Part shown: positions 1-11,735 of the stretch, piece by piece
How the letters are laid out: the number at the start of each line of letters is the position of its first letter
Position numbering within the stretch: position 1 is the stretch's first letter
Assembly: GCF_964194155.1 (NCBI RefSeq)
Contig: NC_135885.1
Location: 84,940,001-85,004,000, forward strand
Reading direction: 5' to 3'
Length of the DNA stretch: 64,000 bases
From: Cetorhinus maximus
Taxonomy: Eukaryota
Program-made: the position numbers and the translations under genes
The notes under the pieces: generated by a model
What the model saw: only the letters and a program-made list of their open reading frames with translations
The model's database searches: none
What the model was told of the DNA's origin: nothing

Positions 1-416
1 CAGGAGAGTCGGCAGCATGCCCGCCGACAATTGAAAGGGCTGTTAAGTCCATTAATTAATTAATTAAAGTGAAATTTTCCCTGCCCACCCAGTCTCATGG
101 TTGGCGGGCGGGTGAATAGGCCAAGCAGCCTTTGCTTTTTTGCGAAACCTCATCCATGAGTGGGATGAGGTTTCGAAGTGATTAAAAAATAATAATTTTT
201 AAAACTCATTTTTAATATGTCCCTGCTCATGTGACAAAGCCACATGAGGGGACATGTTTTCCTAATTTTTGAATTCCTTATTTTTAATGTTGTAAATCTT
301 CAGCTCCCCGAGGCAGCTCTGTGCCTTCAGGGAGTTTTCACTAAGTGCACTTGCGCATGCACAAACTGCAGCGCTCACGCTCCTCCTGCCCCCACCCCAG
401 CAGCGAAAATCCTCCC
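1..416 (+). mobile_element. Harbinger-type MITE family A, partial (left end outside window)
   Basis: Shares the GAAACCTCATCC..GGATGAGGTTTC, CTCATGTGAC..CACATGAG and GAGGCA..TGCCT hairpins with copies at 3106, 48014 and 50539; ends in TIR-like AAAATCCTCCC. Confidence 0.85.
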
Positions 417-648
417 GCTGGTGTAACTCACTCCAAACATTTTTAATGTGCGCCCACGCAAAAATGGCACGGGCAATGTAAAATGCTAGCCCATTGGGTT
501 AACAAGCTTAATAGCTTGTCAATTAGCCCACCTTGCATAATATTGGAAACCGGCGTGATGACATCAAGTTGACAACCTGACATCATCACGCCAGATTTTA
601 TGAATGCACAGGGGACAGCGTGCCCAATTTCTGATGAAAAATTTACCC
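417..648. mobile_element. Two further Harbinger-type MITE termini (ending 492 and 648)
   Basis: TIR-like ends TAAAATGCTAGCCC (492) and GAAAAATTTACCC (648); 553-593 GGCGTGATGACATCA..TGACATCATCACGCC resembles the terminal hairpin of family A. Confidence 0.55.
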
Positions 649-1679
649 TCATATTAGCACAGTGCATATATTAACACTGAGATCTGCATGTGAATTAAAC
701 ATAAAGGAGTGCATCAGATCACATTGTAATTCAGTTTCATGAATCACCCATTACATTTCAATGGCATTTGACAAAACATAATAGCAACTAATGATTGTGA
801 GACTATACATTAATCACAGATAATGCACAGCTCAATTACTACAAGTTAAGTGTCTTGACTAAATTCCTCAATTAATCTTGGCATTATGTGCATTTATTTA
901 CCAAAATACAGCATATAACTGGACATTGTTTCTTAAAAGATTGGTGAATTACAATATCAAAACAGAGCCGAGATTCCATCCTGAATTTGCTTTATTTGAC
1001 TGTAAAATCAAACACGTTGATTTGTTTTGATGTGATATCATAACACAGCTAGTACGTAATTCTTACTGCCTCAATAAAAACACATCGTATCTCTCCACAC
1101 CCTTTGACTATGTTCAACAAGGTGCAGAGTCTGCTTAATAATGTGTTAATCATTAATACTAGCGCAATAGCTACAAGCACTTGTTCAAGACCAAGTAAAC
1201 TGCTTTGATACATTAGCAAAGCCGGTCGTCATGGTTTCATCTGCATGCTGGTTAGCTTAGGCTGCCTATGTACCTTTTAAACCCATTAGTGGTGTAAAGA
1301 ATATATCTATGTTATTTACCTGCACAGGTTATTTTACACAAGTAGGAGAGTCAGGCCTGAGTAAGGGTCTCCTTAAAGGGGCAGCATTTCCCAATTATAC
1401 AGGCAAGCACAGTTCTAAGAGCAACTTACTCTGTCAACTTGCACTTATGCAGTGTCTTGAACCTAGAAAAATATATCCCAATGTGTTTCACAAAGATGTG
1501 AGCAGACAAAAAAAATGTATTAAAAGCCATGATGTTGGATACTGTGGCATGTACACACTGCACAGATGCTATATCTATTGTGGCATGAAAATACCAAACA
1601 TGACTTGTCACATTCTATGTTTTTGTTAAAACTAGGACAAGTAAGCCTTGTCCTAATGACTCAGTGGCTACGTGAACAG

Positions 1680-2395
1680 ACGTCTGTCCGCAGGCATGAC
1701 CCAGACCTTCCTGTCGCTTACCATTTCAACACACCACCCTGCTCTCATGCCCACATGTCCGTCCTTGGCCTGCTGCAATGTTCCAGTGAAGCTCAATGCA
1801 AACTGAAAGAACAGCACCTCATCTTCCGATTAGGCACTTTACAGCCTTCCGGACTTAACATTGAGTTCAACAACTTCAGATCATGAACTCTCTCCTCCAT
1901 CCTCACCCCCTTTTTGATGCCCTTTTTTTCTAATATTTATTATTTTTTAATATATTTATTTTTCTTTTCCCACTTATTTCCATTATTATTTAAAAAATTT
2001 ATTTCCATCCATTGTTTTATCTCCACCTTTTAGCCTATTTCGATCCCTTCCCCCCACCCCACCCCGACTAGGGCCATCTGTCACTTGCTCATCCTGTTTT
2101 CTACCCTTAATGTCACCATTAGCACATCCTTTAGCTAAATCACCACCATCAACACCCCTTTGACCTTTTGTTTATGACATCTTTGGCTATCTTGCCTTTG
2201 CCTCCACCTATCACTGGCCCTCTATCCAGCTCCACCTGTCCCACCGCCCCTTAAACAGCTTATATTTCACCACATTTCGATTTCTCTTTAGTTCTGATGA
2301 AGAGTCATATGGACTCGAAACGTTAACTCTGTCTTCCTCTCCACTGATGCTGTCAGACCTGCTGAGTTTTTCCAGCAATTTTTGTTTTTGCTTCA
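1680..2395 (+). mobile_element. Penelope-like element 3' fragment (GIY-YIG endonuclease C-terminus plus 3' UTR/pLTR)
   Basis: ORF 1566-1886 ends SVRRHDPDLPVAYHFN..LGLLQCSSEAQCKLKEQHLIFRLGTLQPSGLNIEFNNF, the typical PLE GIY-YIG tail; followed by a pyrimidine-rich UTR shared with copies at 4569, 12585 and 20778. Confidence 0.9.
2290..2328 (+). ncRNA. Minimal type I hammerhead ribozyme motif in Penelope pLTR
   Basis: AGTT-CTGATGA-A-GAGTC(ATATG)GACTC-GAAA-CG-TT-AACT: core CUGANGA/GAAA, 5-bp stem II, AGTT/AACT stem I, palindromic AACGTT at stem III. Matches the minimal HHR type known from Penelope-like elements. Confidence 0.75.
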
Positions 2396-3105
2396 AACTT
2401 AAATGTGGTGCCTCGTCCACGCCCACGACTGCAATGTTTGCCAGTAATCATGTTCTAGGTTTAAAAAACTATAGCTACTAAAAAAAGATAATAGAGGACT
2501 TCAACGGCTTTAGTATGGTACTTCAACAATTCCGGGAGATAGGAGGGTGTGGAAAAAAAAGGAAAAGCATAGCTATTGTGTCTATAAAGTATTTTCAGGT
2601 CCGCCTCTTTACTATTCTTTTTCAGATCTCCCACAAACCTTTTGCAAATACCAATCTAAAAATAAAATTAAAAGTTACAAAAATTCTGCCCATCTAGTGT
2701 AGTACATTCTACAGAGCTGGAGAAGTTCCAGAAAAACTGTACATCTGGTAAGAAATTTAGTGTAAACACATTTACATTTTGGGACTATTCCCAGCACTTG
2801 AGTCCAACACATTAGCAGCTCCTGTACAGCATTGTTCTGTCTCGAGGATTTCAGAAACCCAAAAGAACTCCATAACAACCCAAGCTTCCTTTCCTTGTTT
2901 GTTTTTTTGTCATTGTTAACCTTTTATTCAAGCACTTCATAGTGAATATAGGCATGTACACCTGCCCGATTCACTACAAAATCAACATATGACTTCTAAA
3001 TGCTTTTTAAAGTATGTGGAACAGTTTATCCCTGCAATGCTTTCCTCCTGAAAATTTGATGATGATGGAATTGCTACTATCTCAAGTTCACATGAAGATT
3101 TCATA

Positions 3106-3768
3106 GGGCAGAAAATTCCCCCCGTTAGGGGGGCTGTGTGGGGGCAGATGCGTACCCAATCCACGCCCCCGATCGGGACCACGCCGCCATTTTATGTGGG
3201 TGGGCCAATTAAGGCCCGCCCAGCGTGACGCTCGCCCGGAAGCGCTGAGCGCTCCCTGTGCAAGCGGGGGGGATTCCCTGAGTCACATGCGCGCGAAAGA
3301 ATGCAGAAATTTCCCTGAGGCACCACTGTGCCTCAGGAAGATTTGTTTCAGTTTTAAAATTCATAATAAAGAAATTAAGAACTTTTAAAACGTGTCCTCT
3401 CATGTGACAGTGTCACATGAGCTGGGACATGTCAATGAAATTTAAAAGTTTTTAAAATTGAATTTAAAGACACTTCATGAAACCTCATCCCGCCCATGGA
3501 TGAGGTTCCATGAAAAATGTGAAGGCCGCCTGGGCTCTTCGCCTGCAGCCAACCTTAAGGTTGGACGGGTGGCTCATTGAATTATTTCAATTAGTTTTTA
3601 ACAGGCCTTAATAGGCCTTTGAGAGCTTGGAGTCAGCTGCGCGCGCGCTAAACTGAAAATCTAAGTGACTCGCGGTGACGTCGGGACACCCACCTGACGT
3701 CACCGCGCATCATTTTCCTCATCAGCGAGCGGGCCCCACCCCCGCTCGCTGACCCGAAAATTCTACCC
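3106..3768 (-). mobile_element. Harbinger-type MITE family A, complete (663 bp)
   Basis: TIRs GGGCAGAAAATTCC / GAAAATTCTACCC; TSD ATA (3103-3105, 3769-3771); reverse orientation relative to copies at 1, 48014 and 50539. Confidence 0.92.
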
Positions 3769-4359
3769 ATAGAAATTTCAGTCTATGGAAAGACGACAAT
3801 GAATGTAGCCATCTTTAAAAAGTCCTATTGCAAAAATTGCAGATAATGAGCAAAACTTTAATCATGGATTATAAACACTGCACCCCCATCACCCACCAAT
3901 CTCAAGATAACAAACCACAAGCAAGGACAGTATTGTATAAACATTGAATAGCATATCCCACGTGAGGTCATTTTACTGGATATATGGAATACAATTAAAT
4001 CATAGAAAAGCAGGTCACATAGTGCAATGCTGGAAGCTTAATTTCTTTAAGACAAAGCAGCAAGATTCAAAAAGGCGAAAGAAGGAAGGTTGTATTGGTC
4101 GGAGGCCATCTACATGTCATCCTGTTTAAAAGGGTAGAAACAATTTGCTGTGCCTGTGTATATAGTAAGGGAATAGAGGTAAAGTTCCTTGCAGATTTAT
4201 TTATTTTGAGAGTAAAAGTCTTTGCACACATTTCAGCCAGCTTTTCCATTATAAATTCCTATCTTCATGTTTACAATGGAAACTGTCTATGTAAACTCAT
4301 CATGCTGCAATTGCATTCCCCACTAGGAGGAAATTATCAAGCTCTTGTGTCTCTTACAG

Positions 4360-4494
4360 TAGATGTGCTGGAACAGTCACCATGGGATAAAGCACAAAAT
4401 CAAACTGTGTTCTCATAGAAGAGAAGACAATTATGGATGGCCCGACTGCAACCTGCGAAAATGTTATCATACAAAAAAGGTCCAGATTTTCCAT
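4360..4494 (+). other. Exon-like segment (unassigned)
   Basis: Acceptor CTCTTGTGTCTCTTACAG(TAG) and donor CAT|GTAAGT; frame from 4363 is open (MCWNSHHGIKHK..VQIFH). No recognisable homology. Confidence 0.25.
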
Positions 4495-4499
4495 GTAAG

Positions 4500-5340
4500 T
4501 ACCAGGTAGCTTGGTATGGTACACACGAGGAAGGCCCTAAGATTTGATCTTTGGACCGTGCTGAGTTACTTGCCATTTTAATTCACCATCTTGTTCTCAT
4601 GCTCACGTTTCTATTTTCGGCCTGCTGCAATATTTCTCTGAAGCCCAATGTAAGCTTGAGCAACAGCACCTCATCTTCCAATTAGGCACTTTAGAGCCTT
4701 CTGGACTCAACATTGACTTCAACAACTTCAGCCCAAGAACTCTGCCTTCTATTTTGATGTTTTTTTGCCAAGTCTGCACCTCATTTTCATGCTTTTGCTT
4801 TCACAAATAGCTGTCCTGTATTCTGCCATTAACACTTGCTCTAGACCAACGCTTTGTATCTTTCCTGCAACCATTAACACTTCCTTTGCCTTTTGTTCCA
4901 CGTCATCTTTGTCATTTAATCTCCCCTGGTCTCGAGACTATCCCTGACCTTCCTTTATTTTCTACCTGACTCTCCCCCTTTTTTTAAACAGCGTAAAACC
5001 CATTACATTTCTACCTCCCTTTAGTTGTGAAGTCATATTGGACTTAAAACGTTAATTGTTTCTCTCTCCACAGATGCTGCCAGACTTGCTGAGTTTTTCC
5101 AACACTTTGTTTTTATTTCAAATTTCCAGCCTCCTCAGTATTTTTGCTTTTATCACCATGCTGAGTTAGCTGCTATCAACCAAAACAACAATAGGCGCAC
5201 AACAAATTGGTCTCATAATTAAGCAAAAAATTGGAAGATCAGCCAGGGATCATAGCCCTAAATCAGTAACAAATGACCTGGAAATGTAGCTGTGCAGTGG
5301 TTAAATATGAGCTGGGCTTGGCTCAACACCCTGCTTAAAA
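4500..5340 (+). mobile_element. Old tRNA-SINE-like remnant interrupted by a Penelope insertion
   Basis: 4500-4568 continues at 5155-5340; loosely similar segments at 62765-62985 (+) and 60620-61045 (-). Confidence 0.45.
4569..5154 (+). mobile_element. Penelope-like element 3' fragment with 14-bp TSD
   Basis: Translates CHFNSPSCSHAHVSIFGLLQYFSEAQCKLEQQHLIFQLGTLEPSGLNIDFNNF; flanked by ACCGTGCTGAGTTA (4555-4568) and ACCATGCTGAGTTA (5155-5168); hammerhead core damaged. Confidence 0.9.
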
Positions 5341-6954
5341 CATTTCTTGACACACTGGACAAGACAGGAAGAATGACAATTTGTTGCCATTTTAGGAAAG
5401 GACAGGAAATGTTGTAAACACAAAAAAGGGCCGAGTTCCCCATTAAAAGAAAAAGGCTGGAATGAAAACATCTCTAAAAAATTTTTTTTTTTAAATACTG
5501 CTACTTTGAGTTATTACTTGCATCACAAAATGTAATTTAGTCATTGTTAGCTGACAGGACTGGAAAATTGCTCATCAAAGATTCAAAGAGGATAATGCAT
5601 GCTCTTCAATGCACAGTGTGTTTTAGTAATTGATTGTTTTCAGAGACACACTCGATTGTCTTTAGGAGCACAGAAGGAAAAACACCAGCTGTCAGCATTT
5701 TGTACAAAGTCAACAACTAGCTGTTGGAAAACCCAAGTGAACTCTTGGTAATGGCCCAATTTCAGAATACACAGTCTGGTACATCACAGTTAAGCAGCTA
5801 CACTGTTTAGGAACAGATTCTTTTCTCCAGATACAGAAAAAATTGGTCAGAGTCACTACTAGCTAAAAGCATTTTCTTTATAACTTGGCTATCTACTTGC
5901 CTGTATTAAAATGTTTCATCTTTTTTCCATTTTTCTCTGCAAGGGAGAATAAACACAATGCTTAGAGTAATGGAACTGCTTTCCAGTCTGTGAAATGTTT
6001 ATTAACAAACAATATTATGAAGCACAAACACACCAATGAAACCTTCTGCAAATCCTTGTGTGGGTCTTCTGGCTACAGAGCATCGATGATCAAAAAAGTT
6101 TGGGGTTCCTAACTGGTGGTTTGCAAGAAGGTTTCAAGGGGTCCACAAATATGTAGGTAAAGTAATGCTTTTTTTATCTGCCCAATGAAATATGGTAGCG
6201 CCTATTCTTAAATCAGCACAGCCTCAAAATGCGAATGCAGTGTAGCAAGGACACTGAAAATTCGGTATTGATTGGGAGCTTTTCAAAACAGCACAATGTT
6301 TGAAAAGGTCAATCATTATAAAATAGCACAGCAGTGGCGATGAAGAATGCACCTACTGCAAGATAGCCGGGCATGGAGATAGTCCTGGCAGCTGACATGG
6401 AAACAGGAAGCTGCAATTCCTAACTAAGTCCCATGTACCCCTCTGGAAGAGATGGGGGTGGTGCTGAATTGGGGGTGTGGTGGGGAGAGGAGAGAGAGGG
6501 GGCATGGAGGGTGGTGAACATGGGGGTTGATGTTAATGGTTAATTCGACAAGGTGCAGCCCGACGTCCCTCCTCCCACCAGCTGCCAAGGATCCATCCTC
6601 CCACAGGTTTTACCTTCTCCTGACCAGACTCCAGCTGTGTGGCATAGCTAATAAGTCATCTGCAGGCAGGCGGCTAACCCGTGGAGCAGCAACTCATTGT
6701 GCAGCACTTCCCTAGAACTGACAATTAATATGGCGCAGATTCACAATACAACTTCTCAAAGCATTCCTCTTTTTGGAACGTAGGAAGAAAATTACTACAA
6801 CAGTGCACATATTGGACACATATTGCCAGTTGACAGTGACAGGAAGGGTGGGCAGTTTTTTTTTTAGAAAGGGGTGGGGTGCCTAATCCTTTGCTTGTCC
6901 ATGTGAGATACCTGTTTGCCTCTTTGAGGTTGGGATATCATACTTTACTCATTA

Positions 6955-9900
6955 CGAACATCTGAACATACGAATTCGGAGGAATGTGCCATTCGGCCCC
7001 TCAAGTCTGCTCCGCTTGATTGTGGCCTCAACTCCAATTTCCTTCCAATCCACTAAACACTTTGACTCCCTTATCAATTAATAATCTATATAATTCAGCC
7101 TTAAAAATATTCAATGACCCTGCCACTCTCTGGGGAAGAGAGTTCCATAAACTCATGACCCTTAGAGAAAGATTTCTCCTCATCTCCATCTTAAATGGGA
7201 GACCCCTTATTTTTAAACTGTGTCCCTAGTTCTCATGTCTCCCACAAGGGGAAACAACTTTTCAGTATCCACCCTGTTAAGTATCCTCGGGATCTTATAT
7301 GTTTCAATGAGATAGCATCTCATTCTTCTAAACTGCAATGCATACAGGCCCAACTTGTCTAACTTTTCTTCATAGACTAACCCTCTCATCCCATGAATCA
7401 GTCAAGTGAACCTTCTCTGAACAGCTTCTAATGCAATGATGTCCTTTCTTAAATATGGAGACCAAAACTGTACACAGTGCTCTAGATGTAACTGTAGTAA
7501 AACAACCTTACTTTTATATTTCATTCCCCTTGCAATAATTGACAGCATTGCATTTGACTTCCTAATCACTTGCTGTACTTGCATATTAACCTTTTGTGAT
7601 TCATGTACTAGGACAACCAGTTCCCTCCGTAGTTAGTTCTGCAATCTCTCCCAATTAAATAATATGCTGCTTTTTTGTTCTTCCTGCCAAAGTGAACAAG
7701 TTCACAATTTCCCCACATGGTACGCTTATGTCAAATTTTTGCCCACTCATTTAACCTATCTGCATCCTTTTGCAGCCTCCTTATGTCTTCTTCACAACTT
7801 ACTTTCCTACCTACCTTTGTGTCATCAGCAAATTTAGCAACCATACATTCAATCCCGTCATCCAAGTCATTTACATAAATTGTAAATCGTTGAGACCCCA
7901 GCACTGAGGCACTCCACTCGTTACATCTTGCCTACTCTCTGTTTCCTATTAGCTAACCAATCCTCTATCCATGCTAATATATTACCCCTATATCATGAGC
8001 TTTTATTTTTGCATAGTAATCTTTGATGTGGTGCCTCATCAAATGCCTTCTGGAAGTACACTACATCCACAGATTCCCCTTGATCCACGTTACTTGTTAC
8101 TTCCTCAAAGAGCTCTAATAAATTAGTCAAACACAACTTCCCTTCCACAAAACCATGTTGATGCTGCCTCATTGCATTGAGATTTTCTCAGTGCACCACT
8201 AGAACCTCCTTAATAATGGATTCCAGCATTTTCCCTGAGACAGATATTAAGCTAACTGGCCTGTAGTTTCCTGCTTTCTGTCTCCCTCCCATCTTGAATA
8301 GAGTAATTACATTCGCTATTTTCCAATCTGCTGGGACCTTTCCAGAATCGAGCCAATTTTGGAAGATTAAAACCATCTACTATCTTAGCAGCTACTCCTT
8401 TTAGGATCCTAAGATTAAGTCCATCAGAACCTGGGGACTTGTCAGCTTTTAGTTCTAATAATTTTCTCAATACCCTTTCCCCGGAGATTATAATTGTTTT
8501 AAGTTCCTCTCTCCCTTCACTTCTTGATTCACACTTAATTCTGGGATGTTATTTGTATTCTTTTGCAGTGAAGATAGATACAAAATATCTGTTCAATTCA
8601 TCCACCATTTCTTTATCTTCCATTATTAATCCCCCAGACAAACTCTGTAGAGGACCAATGTTCAATTTACTTCTCATTTCCTTTTTAAGTGACTGTAGAA
8701 CTCTTAATTATCTGTTTTCATATTTCTAGCTAGCTTTCTCCCTCTTATTTTCTTTTACCCATTCTTCGCTGTTTTTTATATTCTGTCCAATCTTCTAACC
8801 TGCTACTAATCTTTGCGGAATTGTACGCCTTTTCTTTCAATTTGATACTAATGTTAACAACCTTAGTTAGCCACGGATAGTACGTCCTTCCCCTAGAGTC
8901 TTACTTACTCTCTCATTGGAGAAAGAACTTTCTCACTTTCTCATCTTTGCTGAGCATTACAAAATATCTCCTTAAACATCTGCCAGTGTATTTCTACTGA
9001 CTTATCTCTTGGCCTAATTTCCCAGTTCACTTTAGCCACTCTTCATACCCTCATAATTGCTCTTATTTAAGTTCAAAACACAAGTCTTAGACCCACCCTT
9101 AACTCCTTCGAACTGAATGTGAAATTCAATCATGTTATGATCACTGCTACTGAGCGCCTTTACAATGAGGTCATTAATTAATCCTATTTCATCGCACATT
9201 ATTAGATCTAGAATAGCCTGCTCTCTGGCTGAATTTAGCACGTGCTGCTCTAAGAAATTGTCCCGAAAACAGTATGAACTTATCCAAGCTACCTTTGCCA
9301 ATCTGATTCGACCAAACTATATAAAGATTAAAATCACCCATGATGATCGCTGTACCTTTCTCATAAGCCCATTATTATTTTTTCCTGTGTACTCCAGCCT
9401 ATAGTGTGATTATTGTTAGGGGGCCGATAAACTGCTCTCACAAGTGACTTTTATTATTTCTTAACTCTACCCAAACTAATTCTACATCTTGATCTTTAGA
9501 ACTAAGGCCATCTCTCTTTATTGTACCAATGTCATCCTTAATTAACAGAGATACCCCACCACCGTTTCCTAGCTTCCTGCCTTTCGGAAATGGCATGTAC
9601 CCTTGAATAGTCAGGTCCTAGTCTTTGTCATCCTGCAGCCATGTCTCTGTAATGTCCGTCAGATCATACATATTTATTTCTATTTGAGCTGCCAGTTCAT
9701 CTGTTTTGTTACAAATGCTGTGTGGATCCAGCTACAAGCCTTTAACTCTGCCTTTTTACCATTTTGCAATCCCTGCTCTTAAGTTTGTACACGATGTCCC
9801 TTCCTGCCACACTCTGGTCATCACTTCTCTTATTGCCACCTTGCTCTATTGCCTTGTCTTCTCTTTTTAATTCGTCACATCTTTCCACACTTGATCCCAT

Positions 9901-10435
9901 GCCCCCACTATTTCGTTGGCCTCTCTACTGCCTTAGTTATACGACTCACCAGAACACTGGTCCCAGCACAGTTCAGGTGAAGTTAGTCCCAATGGTACAG
10001 TTCTCACTTTTCCTAGTACTGGTGCCAGTGCTCCATGAATCTAAACCCATTCGCCTACACCAATGTTTGAGTCACGCATTCAATGCCCTAATCTTATTTA
10101 CCCTACACCCAATTTTCTCATGGCTCAGGTGAAAATCCACAGCTTATTATCTTTGAGGTCCTGCTTTTTAATTTAGACCCTAGTTACTCATTCTCCCTAA
10201 GCAGAACCTCTTTCCTAGTCCTATCTATTTACTTGGTACCAATGTGGACTACGACCACTGGATCCTCCCCCTCCCACTGCAAGTTTCTCTCCAGCCCAGA
10301 GCAGATTCCATGAACCCTAGCACTGGGGTGATAATAAAGTGGAGGCTGGCATTCTCGCTCTTAGTTGCAGAGAACAGTGTCTATCACCCTGACTATACTG
10401 ACCCCTACGGCCACTAAATTCCTCATAACTCCCTC
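6955..10435 (-). mobile_element. CR1 LINE, long decayed copy (ORF1 esterase part, APE endonuclease, RT, 3' tail)
   Basis: Minus-strand fragments LKADKSPGSDGL..RILK, VPADWKIANV..LFK.GGRQKAGNYRPVSL, FLEQHV..REQAILDLI..SDHNMIEF, LEHCVQFWSPYLRKDIIALEAVQRRFT; ORF1-like EGEDPVVVVHIGT near 10240. Confidence 0.95.
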
Positions 10436-10439
10436 TGAT

Positions 10440-11053
10440 TGCTGAAATATTTTTCATATATAATTTTGTTCCTTAGGACATGCGCACGGCTGGCATGTAT
10501 GCCCATGCTGAGTTAGTGCATGCCTATTACATGCTGAAAACCCAAAAATTAACATATTCTCTCTTTAAGTAAGGTGTAATAGAGCTGTTTTGGTGGGAGA
10601 AATAAAAATTGCAAAGGACAGGAAAATTATTTTAAACGCACACAATAATGACCAAACATGGATAAATTTTAAATTCAGCCGTCAGTTTCAATAACAAACC
10701 CGACATAGCAATGATACAAAGCTTCCTTCATCAAATACAACCAGAAGAGCTGATGAGCACCAATCATAAAGCCACCAAATTAGCTCGGCAAAATTCAGGA
10801 ATTACAAAGACAGATGGTTGAATTTTGGTTTTATAGTACTGGAATAGGAGATATACCACGGTGTGTAATTTGTGCACAAGTGCTGTCCAATGAAGTTTTG
10901 AAATCCTCTATGTTACAGATATTAAATTACTAAGCATTCATTTTTGCAATTGTATAACTATTTTTTTTTAAAAAATACTTGTATTACAGTGGTCTGTGGA
11001 ATTCTTATGACATGGGAGAGGGGCCTCTGAAGCAAAAAGGTACAGAACCCCTG
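10440..11053 (+). mobile_element. hAT (Charlie/Buster-type) deletion derivative with BED-like zinc-finger remnant
   Basis: 10798-10940 reads RNYKDRWLNFGF/IPRCVICAQVLSNEVLKSSML..TKH across frameshifts (ZBED5/Buster N-terminus); right end GGGGCCTCTGAAGCAAAAAGGTACAGAACCCCTG is a Charlie-style TIR. Left end may lie near 6081, beyond the CR1. Confidence 0.75.
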
Positions 11054-11074
11054 AAATAGACCAAAGGTACTCAC

Positions 11075-11167
11075 TTTACCCTCACGCATGAAAACCGCCA
11101 CTTGCACCAGATAAAAGCAATGCTCTCCATATCCATGGATCAGTACACCAGCATAAGTCATTGCTTT
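11075..11167 (-). other. Exon-like segment, 93 nt (unassigned)
   Basis: Acceptor CTGTTTTCTGTTGTCTAG, donor AAA|GTGAGT, open phase-0 frame KAMTYAGVLIHGYGEHCFYLVQVAVFMREGK. No recognisable homology. Confidence 0.3.
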
Positions 11168-11735
11168 CTAGACAACAGAAAACAGATAACCAAAATTGAC
11201 TGTGCTTCTTTAAACACATATTAGCTGCAGTCCTAATAAAATATCCAGTAATCAATGTTTTGGTGATAATAAAGCGGAGGCTAGCGTTATTGAGAAAGGA
11301 AAGAGTGTTCTAATCCATATCTAGTGCCAGGGTAATATGAGATTGCTGCCCAGTGAAGGAGTTACAGTTCTTATTCGAAGCGTGCGAAAGGCTCAGAACT
11401 CATCACTTGTGAATTATGGTATTCTTTCACACAAACAAAAGGATTTTGCTGTCACTGATCCTTCTCCAGAACTGAATGTTAGGCAGACCTTTAGAAGAAT
11501 TCTAAAATCGTGTGTGTTATGGCTGGCCAGTAAATGTTAGCTCACATATGAGAAATGACAGTCTGGCTTTTCATGTATGTGAAGCAATCATTTTGTGAGC
11601 AGTTTAATCTCCCAATACACTCAGTTATTTGTATTTCTGTATCAGGTGTACAGCAAGTCATCAATTGAAAGCAGTTATTTGTAACTGCGAAATCATAGCC
11701 CCCCCACCACCCCACCCCCCTCCCCCCCCCAAACT

